A stretch of DNA of 64,000 nt from Gammaproteobacteria bacterium (lineage in GTDB: Bacteria; Pseudomonadota; Gammaproteobacteria; Ga0077536). Shown one piece after another: positions 1 through 8,140 of this stretch. The translations under genes were made by a program, and so were the position numbers. Location of the stretch: positions 280,397 to 344,396 of the forward strand of contig JACKNG010000003.1 of NCBI GenBank assembly GCA_024235015.1, in the 5' to 3' direction. Every line of letters starts with the position of its first letter. Position 1 is the stretch's first letter. The notes beneath the pieces were generated by a model that saw nothing but the letters and a program-made list of their open reading frames with translations, was not told the DNA's origin and ran no database searches.

Positions 1-392
1 GTTCGCAGGCCGACAGCCAGGTCAGCAGGCCGCCGAAGCAGTAACCGACCACGCCGACCTTGCCGTGCGCGGCGACGGCGTCGATGGCCGCCTGCAGGTC
101 CTTGAGGGTGTCCTCGAGCCGGAGATCCTGGAAGGCGATGCGCAGGCCCTTGTCGAAATCGGCCTGCTCGGTGTAACCGAGTTCGACGTCGGCCTCGACG
201 CGATCGAAGATCTGCGGCGCGATGGCGACGTAACCAGCCTTGGCATAGTCGTCGACCACGGCACGAATGTGCTTGTTGACGCCGAAGATCTCCTGGATGA
301 CGACGACGCCACCCTTGGGCGTGCCGCTCGGCGCGGCCTCGTAGGCGCCGAAGGTGAAGCCGTCAGCCGCGGTCAGTTTGCGCTGTCCCATG
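1..392 (-). CDS. dienelactone hydrolase family protein (carboxymethylenebutenolidase-like), 3' end truncated by window edge
   Basis: Minus-frame translation from ATG at 392: MGQRKLTAADGFTFGAYEAAPSGTPKGGVVVIQEIFGVNKHIRAVVDDYAKAGYVAIAPQIFDR...GYCFGG. This shows the DLH-fold motifs, including the nucleophile elbow region. It is not in the ORF table because it runs off the window. Confidence 0.6.
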
Positions 393-509
393 TGGTCAAG
401 TCTCCGTGGTCGGGTCGGGAGCGCTCGATTGGAACCGAGTGTGCGGCCCAGATCAACCGCCGCCGGCGGGCCCTCATGCCCCGGCAGGGCCGCCGTGACG
501 TGGGGTTCC

Positions 510-545
510 AAAAAACCGGACAACTGTCCTAAAATCGCCCGCACC
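510..545 (+). promoter_or_regulatory. sigma-70-like promoter (TTCCAA-18nt-TAAAAT) with embedded GGACAACTGTCC palindrome upstream of amine dehydrogenase operon
   Basis: TTCCAA at 506-511 and TAAAAT at 530-535, with an 18-nt spacer containing the palindrome GGACA-AC-TGTCC (518-529). This lies about 50 nt upstream of the GTG at 588. Confidence 0.35.
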
Positions 546-587
546 GGGCCGCCGTGCCGGGGCACTCAGACTAGGGAGGCGAGAATC

Positions 588-1739
588 GTGAAGCGGGTAT
601 CTACTTCTATCCTCACCGGGCTGGCGCTGCTGCTCGGTTGCCGTCTCGCCATGGCCGAGCTCCAGCCCGAGACCCTCACCGTCGGCAAGCTGCCGCCGGC
701 GAACCCACACCGCATCTACCTGAGCGACCTCGGCGGCCTCGGCCACGTCGTCGACGGCCGCATCCATCTCGTCGATGGCGACTCCTACAAGTATCTCGGC
801 GCGATCCCGGCGGCCATGTTCGCCCTCACCGCGCTGTCGCCCGATTCCAGCGAGATGTACCTCGCCACCACGTATTACACCAAGCTCAACCGCGGCAAGC
901 GCTTCGACCAGTTCGAGGTCTACGACACCGCCACGCTGAAGCTGAAGTCGGAGATCGAAATCCCGGCCAAGCACGCCCAGGCCCTGCCCTACAAGGGCAC
1001 CATGGTGTCGACTGCCGACGGCCGTTTCGTCATCATCCAGAACGCGACCCCGGCCAGCTCGGTGACGGTGGTCGATCGCAAGGCCGAGAAGTTCGTCACC
1101 GAGATCGAAACCCCCGGCTGCTGGATCATCCTGCCCGCGGCCTCCAACGCGCGTCGCTTCGCCACCCTCTGCGGCGACGGCACCCTGCTTACCGTCACCC
1201 TCGACGACGACGGCCAGGCGGTCAGCCAGCAGCGTTCGGCCAAGCTCTTCGACGCCGAGAAGGACCCGCTGTTCGTGCAGGCCGAGCACATCGGCGACAG
1301 CTACTACTTCGTCTCCTACGAGGGCAACCTGCACCAGATCAACGTCGGCGGCGACACCGCCGTGCTCGAGGACAAGTGGTCGCTGGTCGACGACGCCGAT
1401 CGCGCGGCGAAGTGGAAACCCTCCGGATACCAACTCACCGCCCTGCACGCACCGAGCAAGCGTTTCTACGTCGCCATGCACGACAACGCCTACGACGGCA
1501 GCCACAAGAACCCGGCCAAGGAAATCTGGGTGTTCGACCTCGCCACCAAGCAGCGCATCCAGCGCGCGCCCGGCTCGAACTCCGTCGCCATGGCACTGAG
1601 CAAGGAAGAGAAACCGGTGCTGTTCACCTACGACGGCATGACCGCCGAGTTCGTACGCTACGACACCGTGCCCGAGCTCAAGCCCGGCGCGCGCAGCAAG
1701 CCGGTCGGTGAATTCGCCGGCCTCGTGCAACTGCACTAA
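588..1739 (+). CDS. mauB: TTQ-dependent (methyl/aromatic) amine dehydrogenase heavy chain, beta-propeller
   Basis: GTG start after an AGGGAGG RBS; signal peptide VKRVSTSILTGLALLLGCRLAMA. The ORF 354..1739 translation resembles MADH/AADH large subunits (7-bladed propeller, e.g. YLSDLGGLGHVVDG, DTATLKLKSEIEIP). It is followed by mauE, mauD and mauA homologs. Confidence 0.8.
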   Translation: MKRVSTSILTGLALLLGCRLAMAELQPETLTVGKLPPANPHRIYLSDLGGLGHVVDGRIHLVDGDSYKYLGAIPAAMFALTALSPDSSEMYLATTYYTKLNRGKRFDQFEVYDTATLKLKSEIEIPAKHAQALPYKGTMVSTADGRFVIIQNATPASSVTVVDRKAEKFVTEIETPGCWIILPAASNARRFATLCGDGTLLTVTLDDDGQAVSQQRSAKLFDAEKDPLFVQAEHIGDSYYFVSYEGNLHQINVGGDTAVLEDKWSLVDDADRAAKWKPSGYQLTALHAPSKRFYVAMHDNAYDGSHKNPAKEIWVFDLATKQRIQRAPGSNSVAMALSKEEKPVLFTYDGMTAEFVRYDTVPELKPGARSKPVGEFAGLVQLH

Positions 1740-1748
1740 GCCGCGTCG

Positions 1749-2285
1749 ATGCCGGACATCGTCATCCAGCACGTGGCCGCGGCGACCCTCGCCATCGTGT
1801 TCATGGTCGGCGCGTGGCAGAAGCTGCGCGATCGCATCGGCTTCGAGATCGCGCTGGACAACTACGACCTGCTGCCGGCAGCGCTGGTCAAGCCGGTCGC
1901 CTGGCTGCTGCCCGCCTTCGAGTTCGCCACTGGCCTGGCCCTGGTCTCGCCGTGGCGCACGAACGGCGGCGTGATGGCCCTCCTGCTGCTCGGCTTCGTC
2001 ACCGCCGGCGTCGTCGTCAACCTGCTGCGCGGCCGGACCGACGTCGGCTGCGGCTGCGGCGGCATCGAGGACGAGCAATTGCTGTCGTGGGCACTGGTCG
2101 CGCGCAACGGCGTGCTCGCCCTCGGCGCCTGCGCCACCCTCGGCGCCGGCGTGGCGCGCCCGCTGGCCTGGCTCGATTACGTCACCGTGGTGGGCGCGAC
2201 GCTCAGCGCCTACGCGCTGTACGTGGCGGCCAACCAGCTCATCGCCAACCGGCCGCGCCTGGCGCGCCTGAGGCGTCCGGCATGA
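1749..2285 (+). CDS. mauE: methylamine utilization protein MauE-like membrane protein
   Basis: Polytopic membrane protein located 9 nt after the heavy-chain stop; conserved mau/aau position. Contains the CGCGG motif typical of MauE. Confidence 0.7.
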   Translation: MPDIVIQHVAAATLAIVFMVGAWQKLRDRIGFEIALDNYDLLPAALVKPVAWLLPAFEFATGLALVSPWRTNGGVMALLLLGFVTAGVVVNLLRGRTDVGCGCGGIEDEQLLSWALVARNGVLALGACATLGAGVARPLAWLDYVTVVGATLSAYALYVAANQLIANRPRLARLRRPA

Positions 2286-2872
2286 ACACCGCGCTTGCCA
2301 TCGCCGTCGGCGTGCTGTGGCTCGTGGTCATCGCGCTGGTCGTCGCGGTGTTCGCCCTGGCGCGCCAGATCGGCATCCTCTACGAACGCGTCGCGCCGAT
2401 GGGCGCACTGATGCTGGACGAAGGGCCCAAGGTCGGCGAGCAGGCGCCGCGCTTCACCCTCGCCACGCTCGCCGGCGGCAGCGTCAACCTCGGCCACCCC
2501 TCGCAGCGCGGCGAACTCCTGTTCTTCCTCTCGCCGACCTGCCCGGTGTGCAAGAAGCTCCTACCCGTGCTGCGCTCGATCGCCAAGGCCGAGGCCGACT
2601 GGCTCGACGTGGTGCTGGCCAGCGACGGCGACGAGCCCCGCCAGCGCGCCTTCTACAAGAAGGCCGGCCTGGAAGATTTCCCCTACGTGTTGTCACACGA
2701 CCTCGGCATGGCGTACAAGGTCGGCAAGCTGCCGTACGCCGTGCTGCTCGACGAAAGCGGTCAGGTGCGCGCCAAGGGTTTGATCAATTCGCGCGAGCAG
2801 CTCGAGAGCCTGTTCACGGCCAAGGAGCTCGGCGTCGAATCGATCCAGCAGTACCTGGGCAGCGGGGCGTGA
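2282..2872 (+). CDS. mauD: MauD-like thioredoxin-fold protein (TTQ biogenesis)
   Basis: ATGA overlap with mauE; N-terminal TM anchor then a CPVC thioredoxin motif (LSPTCPVCKKLLP). Typical MauD arrangement. Confidence 0.75.
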   Translation: MNTALAIAVGVLWLVVIALVVAVFALARQIGILYERVAPMGALMLDEGPKVGEQAPRFTLATLAGGSVNLGHPSQRGELLFFLSPTCPVCKKLLPVLRSIAKAEADWLDVVLASDGDEPRQRAFYKKAGLEDFPYVLSHDLGMAYKVGKLPYAVLLDESGQVRAKGLINSREQLESLFTAKELGVESIQQYLGSGA

Positions 2873-2960
2873 CCCGCGCGCAGGGTAGTGGAAGACGCCG
2901 GCGCTCGGCGACAAGAACGGTACAAGGTCTCGGAGACCCGAGGCGCGGGAGACGCGACTT

Positions 2961-3497
2961 ATGAGATGGTTTGACGACTTCTTCGAACGCCAGGCGCGCA
3001 ACGTCGCGCTGAAGACCTCACGCCGCAGCGCGCTGCTGCGCATCGGCCGCGTCATGGTCGGCACGGCCTTCCTGCTGCCGGTGCTGCCCTTCGATCGCCA
3101 GCCGCGTGCCCAGCACGGCGCCATCGACGACGGCAAGCACGACCCGCTCGACCCGGAGCGCTGCGAATACTGGCGCTACTGTTCGCTGGACGGCACGCTG
3201 TGCACCTGCTGCGGTGGCTCCATCACCACCTGCCCGCCGGGCAGCGAGCCATCCTCGGTGACCTGGATCGGCACCTGCCACAATCCCGAGGACGGCAAGG
3301 ACTACCTGGTCAGCTACAACGACTGCTGCGGTGGCGCCAGCTGCGGGCATTGCTTCTGCAACCAGAACGAGGGCGAACGCCCCGGCTACCGCATGGGCAT
3401 CCACAACGACATCAACTGGTGCATGGGCAACGAGAGCAGCGTCTACCACTGCACGGTGTCGGTGGTCCTCGGCGAGTCCGGCGCCAAGGCCGGCTGA
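2961..3497 (+). CDS. mauA: TTQ-dependent amine dehydrogenase light (small) chain with Tat signal
   Basis: Twin-arginine signal (SRRSALLRIGRV). Cys-rich mature domain (CTCCGGS...CCGGASCGHCFC...NWCMG) characteristic of MADH/AADH light chains that carry the TTQ cofactor. Confidence 0.85.
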   Translation: MRWFDDFFERQARNVALKTSRRSALLRIGRVMVGTAFLLPVLPFDRQPRAQHGAIDDGKHDPLDPERCEYWRYCSLDGTLCTCCGGSITTCPPGSEPSSVTWIGTCHNPEDGKDYLVSYNDCCGGASCGHCFCNQNEGERPGYRMGIHNDINWCMGNESSVYHCTVSVVLGESGAKAG

Positions 3498-3514
3498 GGC
3501 CGCGCCCGCTCGCC

Positions 3515-3952
3515 ATGTCGGTTGCCGCGCGCCCGCTCCTCGTCGCGGGCGCGCTGGCGATCCTCCCGCTGGCCGTCTCGGCCCAGCCGCCCGAACACGA
3601 TTTCCTGCAGTTCTGCGTCGGCTGTCACCGCCTCGACGGCAGCGGCAGCGCGCAGAACGGCGTGCCCGACATGCGCGGCGTGGTCGGGCGCTTCCTGCGC
3701 GGGCCGACGGGGCGCGCCTTCGTCGTCCAGGTTGCCGGCGTCGCCCAGGCCCCGCTCGACGATGCCGCGATCGCGGCCCTGCTCAACTGGCTGCTGCCGC
3801 GCATGGATGCGGACGGCCTGCCGGACGATTTCCAACCCTATACCGCGGCCGAGGTCGCCCACCTGCGCGCAACCCGGCCGGGCGACGTCCCGGCCCTGCG
3901 CCAGCGCGCGCTCGACGAGGTTGCCGCGCTCGAGGCGGGCGCGGCCCGTTGA
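3515..3952 (+). CDS. small periplasmic monoheme c-type cytochrome
   Basis: Signal peptide MSVAARPLLVAGALAILPLAVSA and a single CVGCH heme-binding motif. Sits immediately downstream of the light chain, at the position of the cytochrome ORF in aau-type clusters. Confidence 0.65.
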   Translation: MSVAARPLLVAGALAILPLAVSAQPPEHDFLQFCVGCHRLDGSGSAQNGVPDMRGVVGRFLRGPTGRAFVVQVAGVAQAPLDDAAIAALLNWLLPRMDADGLPDDFQPYTAAEVAHLRATRPGDVPALRQRALDEVAALEAGAAR

Positions 3953-4040
3953 CGCCGCCCGCCCGCCTCGCGCACCCTCGGGGGCGGCGACGGTATCGCC
4001 TGCCATCCGCCATCCATCCGTTCACGGGGAGAAAGACCAC

Positions 4041-4916
4041 ATGACCGTCGAGTACATGGCCGCCATCCGCGCGCGCTACGAGAAGCTCGGTTACACGCCC
4101 TACCGCTGGTACGTGGCCGAGGATGCACCGCCCTTCGCGCCGCTGCGCCAGCCACTGGCCGCGAGCCGCCTGGGCCTGTTGTCGACCTCCGGCGCCTACG
4201 CCGTCGGCCAGTGCGCCTACCACTACAAGGACGACGCCGGCTTCCGCGCGATCCCGTCGGACACCGCACCGGAGGACCTCCGTTTCTCGCACATCACCGA
4301 GAACTACCTGGTCGACCCCAAGCAGGACCCGGACTGCATCTTCCCGCTCGGCACCCTGCGCGCGCTGGTCGCCGACGGCGCCGTCGGCGCGCTCGCCGAC
4401 GAGGTCTTCTCCTGCATGGGCGGGGTCTACTCGCAGCGCCGCGTACGCGAGGAAACGGCGCCGGCCCTGCTCGAGGCCTTCCAGGGACAAGGCGTCGACT
4501 GCGCGCTGCTGGTCGCGATGTGACCGGTGTGCCACCAGACCGTGTGTCTGGTCGCCCGTCACCTCGAAGCGCACGGCATTCCCACCCTCGTGCTGGGCTC
4601 GGCGCGCGACATCCTCGTCGCCGGGCGGCCGCCGCGCGCGGCCTTCGTCGACTACCCGCTCGGTCACAGCGCCGGCAAGCCACACGATCGCGCCGACCAG
4701 CGCAGCGTGGTGAGCGGCGCCCTGGCCGGCTTCGCCACCATCGACACGCCCGGCACCCTGATCGACCTGCCCAATGCCTGGGGCGACGACGCCTGGCGCA
4801 GCGAGGCCAGTTCGACCGAGGCCCGCGACACCCGCCAGCCGCGCGACCTCACCCCGCAATGGCAGCGCGCGGGCGACCGCGAGGCCGCCATTGCGAGCGG
4901 TGCCTGGGCACCGTGA
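4041..4916 (+). CDS. PrdB/GrdB-family (glycine/sarcosine/betaine/D-proline reductase protein B-like) selenoprotein candidate; in-frame TGA (Sec) at 4521-4523
   Basis: ATG at 4041 follows GGGGAGAAAG. ORFs 3522..4523 and 4527..4916 are in the same frame, separated by one TGA. TGA readthrough gives ...CALLVAM-U-PVCHQTVCLVARHLEAHGIPTLVLG, matching the PrdB/GrdB active-site region (U-x-x-C-H followed by ...GIPT). Upstream DPDCIFPLGTLRALVADG also resembles PrdB. A hairpin lies 10 nt downstream of the TGA. Confidence 0.55.
4534..4552 (+). promoter_or_regulatory. candidate bacterial SECIS-like stem-loop downstream of in-frame UGA
   Basis: A-CCAGAC-CGUGU-GUCUGG-U: a 7-bp stem with a 5-nt loop containing GU, starting 10 nt after UGA 4521-4523. 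A possible outer GGUG/CACC closing stem spans 4526-4563. Confidence 0.35.
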
Positions 4917-4932
4917 AAGACCCTCGGCGACG

Positions 4933-5799
4933 ATGAACGAGCCGGGCGGCCCGCGCGCCGACGTCCTGCTGTGGGGGGTGATCGCGGCCTGGACCGCGGT
5001 CACCCTGGCCAGCTTCTTCGCCCCGGCCGTGCTGTCACCGAACCACGCGCGCTACGTCAACGTCGCGCTGATGAGCGTGTTCACCCTGCTCCACGGCGCG
5101 CGCCGCTACGGCTGGGCCGGGATCGGCGTCTACTTCGCCATCGCCTGCCTCGTCGCCAACGGCTTCGAAAACCTCTCGATCACCACCGGCCTGCCCTTCG
5201 GCCAGTACCACCACACCGCGGCGATGGGCCCGAAGCTGTTCCAGGTACCGCTCATCATCGGCCCGATCTTCGCCGTCGCCGGCTACCTCGCCTGGGTGGT
5301 GACCGGCATCCTGCTCGGCGCGGTGTTCGGCGCGCCGGAACACGGCCTGGCGGTGGCGCGCTGCGTGCTCGCCGCCGCCGTGACCACCATGTGGGACCTG
5401 TGCGTCGACGCCATCGGCGGCACCGTCAACCGTGACTGGATATGGGCCCACGGCGGCGCCTTCTTCGGCGTGCCGTGGCTGAACTTCGCCGGCTGGCTGC
5501 TGACGATGTGGGTGATCTTCCAGCTCTTCGCCGGCTACGTGACCCGCGTCGGGCAGGTCCGCCCGGTGCCGGTGGCGAGCCCCTACTGGCTGCAACCGGT
5601 GGTGTTCTGGTTGCTGATCGCGCTGCAGTTCCCCCTGCTCGCGTTGATCGTGCCCGAAGCCGCGATCACCGACGCCGCCGGCGCAACCTGGTCGATGCAC
5701 GGCCTGTTCACCAGCATGGCCGTGGTCAGCGTGTTCACCATGGGCTTCACCGGCCTGCTCGCCTGGGTTCTGCTGGCGCGCGCCCGCGCCGGGCATTGA
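4933..5799 (+). CDS. polytopic membrane protein, carotenoid-biosynthesis-protein (DUF422/PF04240)-like
   Basis: ATG at 4933 inside ORF 4774..5799. Multiple TM helices; sequence features recall the PF04240 family. Family assignment is tentative. Confidence 0.45.
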   Translation: MNEPGGPRADVLLWGVIAAWTAVTLASFFAPAVLSPNHARYVNVALMSVFTLLHGARRYGWAGIGVYFAIACLVANGFENLSITTGLPFGQYHHTAAMGPKLFQVPLIIGPIFAVAGYLAWVVTGILLGAVFGAPEHGLAVARCVLAAAVTTMWDLCVDAIGGTVNRDWIWAHGGAFFGVPWLNFAGWLLTMWVIFQLFAGYVTRVGQVRPVPVASPYWLQPVVFWLLIALQFPLLALIVPEAAITDAAGATWSMHGLFTSMAVVSVFTMGFTGLLAWVLLARARAGH

Positions 5800-5817
5800 A
5801 CGCCCGCACGCCCGCCT

Positions 5818-6297
5818 TCACAGGCTCATCGTGCCCTGCCCCGCCCAGCCGCGCGCCAGGGTGGTCATGGCGCGGATGTGCACCACTTCGCGCGCGATCA
5901 GCCACTGCCCGCCCTGCCGGCGAAAACCCCAGTCGTAGGTGCCCCAGCCCAGCACCGAGTCGGCGCCCTCTTCCTGCGTCACGTGCCAGTACATGAAGGC
6001 GCTGGCCGTGTCGCCGGTGACCGTGACGACTTCGTTGGCGTAGTAGCGGCGCGGGTTGTCGAAGCGCCGCCAGTAGTTCTCGAAAAAGCGCATCACGGCG
6101 TCGATGCCGCGTACCTCGACGCTCCAGGCCGGCACCTCGATCACGGCGTCGTCGGTGAACAACGGCCACAGCACGTGGGGGTGCTTCTCGTCGACGCCGA
6201 CGGCGTACTGCGACAAGACGGTGCGGATGTCGCGATCGGCGCGCAGCGCCGCGACTTCGTGTTCGAGCGCCGCGAGGCGCGTTTCCAGCGTGGTCAT
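5818..6297 (-). CDS. SnoaL-like / NTF2-fold protein
   Basis: MTTLETRLAALEHEVAALRADRDIRTVLSQYAVGVDEKH..., typical of SnoaL_4/ketosteroid-isomerase-like small proteins. Divergent from the monooxygenase gene. Confidence 0.5.
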   Translation of the reverse strand: MTTLETRLAALEHEVAALRADRDIRTVLSQYAVGVDEKHPHVLWPLFTDDAVIEVPAWSVEVRGIDAVMRFFENYWRRFDNPRRYYANEVVTVTGDTASAFMYWHVTQEEGADSVLGWGTYDWGFRRQGGQWLIAREVVHIRAMTTLARGWAGQGTMSL

Positions 6298-6494
6298 GGT
6301 TTCTCCCTCCTCGGGCGCCGCCCGCCGCGCCTGCCCGGGCGGGCCCGGTGGCGCGGCGTCCATCATCGATCAAGGCCCGGCGGCCGTCACCCGCGGCGCC
6401 GCCGGCCAGCGCCCCGCACGGGGGCCTGGAACTTGTACGTACATCTGTTAATCTCAGGTTTTCCCATTCCAGTTGCGGCCGGAGGCCGACCCGC

Positions 6495-8102
6495 ATGCCC
6501 ACGACCTACGATGCCATCGTCATCGGCGCCGGAATCTCCGGCTTGTACTCGACCTACCGCCTGCGCGAACGCGGCCTGAGTGTGCACGGCTTCGAAGCCG
6601 GCAGCGACGTCGGCGGCACCTGGTACTGGAACCGCTACCCCGGCTGCCGTTTCGATTCCGAGAGTTACACCTACCAGTACTCGTTCTCCAAGGAACTGTT
6701 CGAGGAATGGCAGTGGAGCGAACACTTCGCCAGCCAGCCCGAGATCGAACGTTATGTCCATTACGTCGCCGACAAGTTCGATCTCAAGCGGCACTACGAC
6801 TTCGACGCGCGGGTCAAGACCGTGCATTTCGACGACGCCGACCGCATGTGGACCGTGACCGCCGAGGACGGGCGCAGTGCGCGGGCGCGCTTCATCGTCG
6901 CCGGCACCGGCCTGCTGTCGGCGTTCCAGTTGCCCGACTACCCCGGCGTGCACGATTTCGCCGGCCTCACCGTGCACACCGCGCGCTGGCCGAAAGAAGG
7001 CATCGACGTCAGCGGCAAGCGCGTCGGCATCATCGGCAGCGGCCCGACCGCGGTGCAGGTGATCCAGTCCATCGCCCCCGAGGTCGGCCACCTGACGGTG
7101 TTCCAGCGCACCGCCAACTGGTGCACCCCGCTGCGCAACCGTCCCATCACGGCCGAGGAGCAGCGCGACCTCACCGCCCACGCCGCCGAGATCATCGATC
7201 ACTGCAAGCAGACCTTCGCCGGCTTCATGCACGACATGGACCCGCGCGCCAGCACCGAGGTCGCCTCGAAGGAAGAGCGCTGGGCCAAGTACCAGGATCT
7301 CTACGAACGCGGCGGCTTCGCCCTGTGGTTCGCCAACTACAACGACCTCTTCACCAACCGCGCCTTCGCCGAGGAGGTCAGCGAGTTCCTCGCCGAGAAG
7401 ATCCGCCAGCGGGTCAAGGACCCGGCCACGGCCGAGAAGCTGATCCCGAAGAACCATCCCTACGGGACCAAGCGCCCGCCGGGCGAGAAGGACTTCTATG
7501 AGGCCTTCAACCGCGACAACGTCGACCTCGTCGACCTGCGCGCGACCCCCATCTCGCGCATCACCGCGGCCGGGGTAGAGACCAGCGAACAACTCTACGA
7601 ACTCGATATCCTGATCTACGCCACCGGCTTCCAGAGCCTGACCGGCGAGCTGCTGCGCATCGACATCCGCGGCGAGGGCGGCCTCGCCCTGGCCGACAAG
7701 TGGGCCGACGGGCCGCGCACCAACCTCGGCGTGCAGTTCGCCGGCTTTCCCAACTTCTTCGCCACCATGGGGCCCCACCACCCGGCGACGTTCTGCAACA
7801 TCACGCGCTGCGCGGAAACCACGGTCGACTGGATCGTCGACTGCATCGACTACATCCGCGCACACGGCTACACCTCGATCCAGCCCACGCCGGAAGCGGA
7901 GGAAGCCTGGACCCGGCACTGCTACGACTCGTCCAAGGGGCTGATCATCGACGAGATGCGTGACTCCTGGTTCTTCGGCAACAACAACCCGGAGAACAAG
8001 GGCGTGCCGCGCTTCCTGCTGTGGGCCGGCAGCGTCAGCGAGTTCCACCAGGTCTACCGCGACGTCGCCGCCGCCGGTTACCGCGGCTTCGAGTTCCGCT
8101 GA
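6495..8102 (+). CDS. Baeyer-Villiger monooxygenase (type I flavin-containing, cyclohexanone monooxygenase family)
   Basis: GGAGG RBS at 6481. Two Rossmann motifs (IVIGAGISGL, GIIGSGPTAVQ) and the BVMO fingerprint FxGxxxHxxxW region (FAGLTVHTARWP). Confidence 0.85.
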   Translation: MPTTYDAIVIGAGISGLYSTYRLRERGLSVHGFEAGSDVGGTWYWNRYPGCRFDSESYTYQYSFSKELFEEWQWSEHFASQPEIERYVHYVADKFDLKRHYDFDARVKTVHFDDADRMWTVTAEDGRSARARFIVAGTGLLSAFQLPDYPGVHDFAGLTVHTARWPKEGIDVSGKRVGIIGSGPTAVQVIQSIAPEVGHLTVFQRTANWCTPLRNRPITAEEQRDLTAHAAEIIDHCKQTFAGFMHDMDPRASTEVASKEERWAKYQDLYERGGFALWFANYNDLFTNRAFAEEVSEFLAEKIRQRVKDPATAEKLIPKNHPYGTKRPPGEKDFYEAFNRDNVDLVDLRATPISRITAAGVETSEQLYELDILIYATGFQSLTGELLRIDIRGEGGLALADKWADGPRTNLGVQFAGFPNFFATMGPHHPATFCNITRCAETTVDWIVDCIDYIRAHGYTSIQPTPEAEEAWTRHCYDSSKGLIIDEMRDSWFFGNNNPENKGVPRFLLWAGSVSEFHQVYRDVAAAGYRGFEFR

Positions 8103-8140
8103 GCCGCGCGCCGCTCAGCGCCGCGGCCGCACGACCGGCT

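Noticed and set aside
4527-4916. Separate 129-aa gene starting at GTG 4527
   Set aside because: It is in-frame with the upstream ORF across a single TGA. The combined protein aligns with PrdB/GrdB across the junction, with the TGA at the Sec position, so read-through is the better model.
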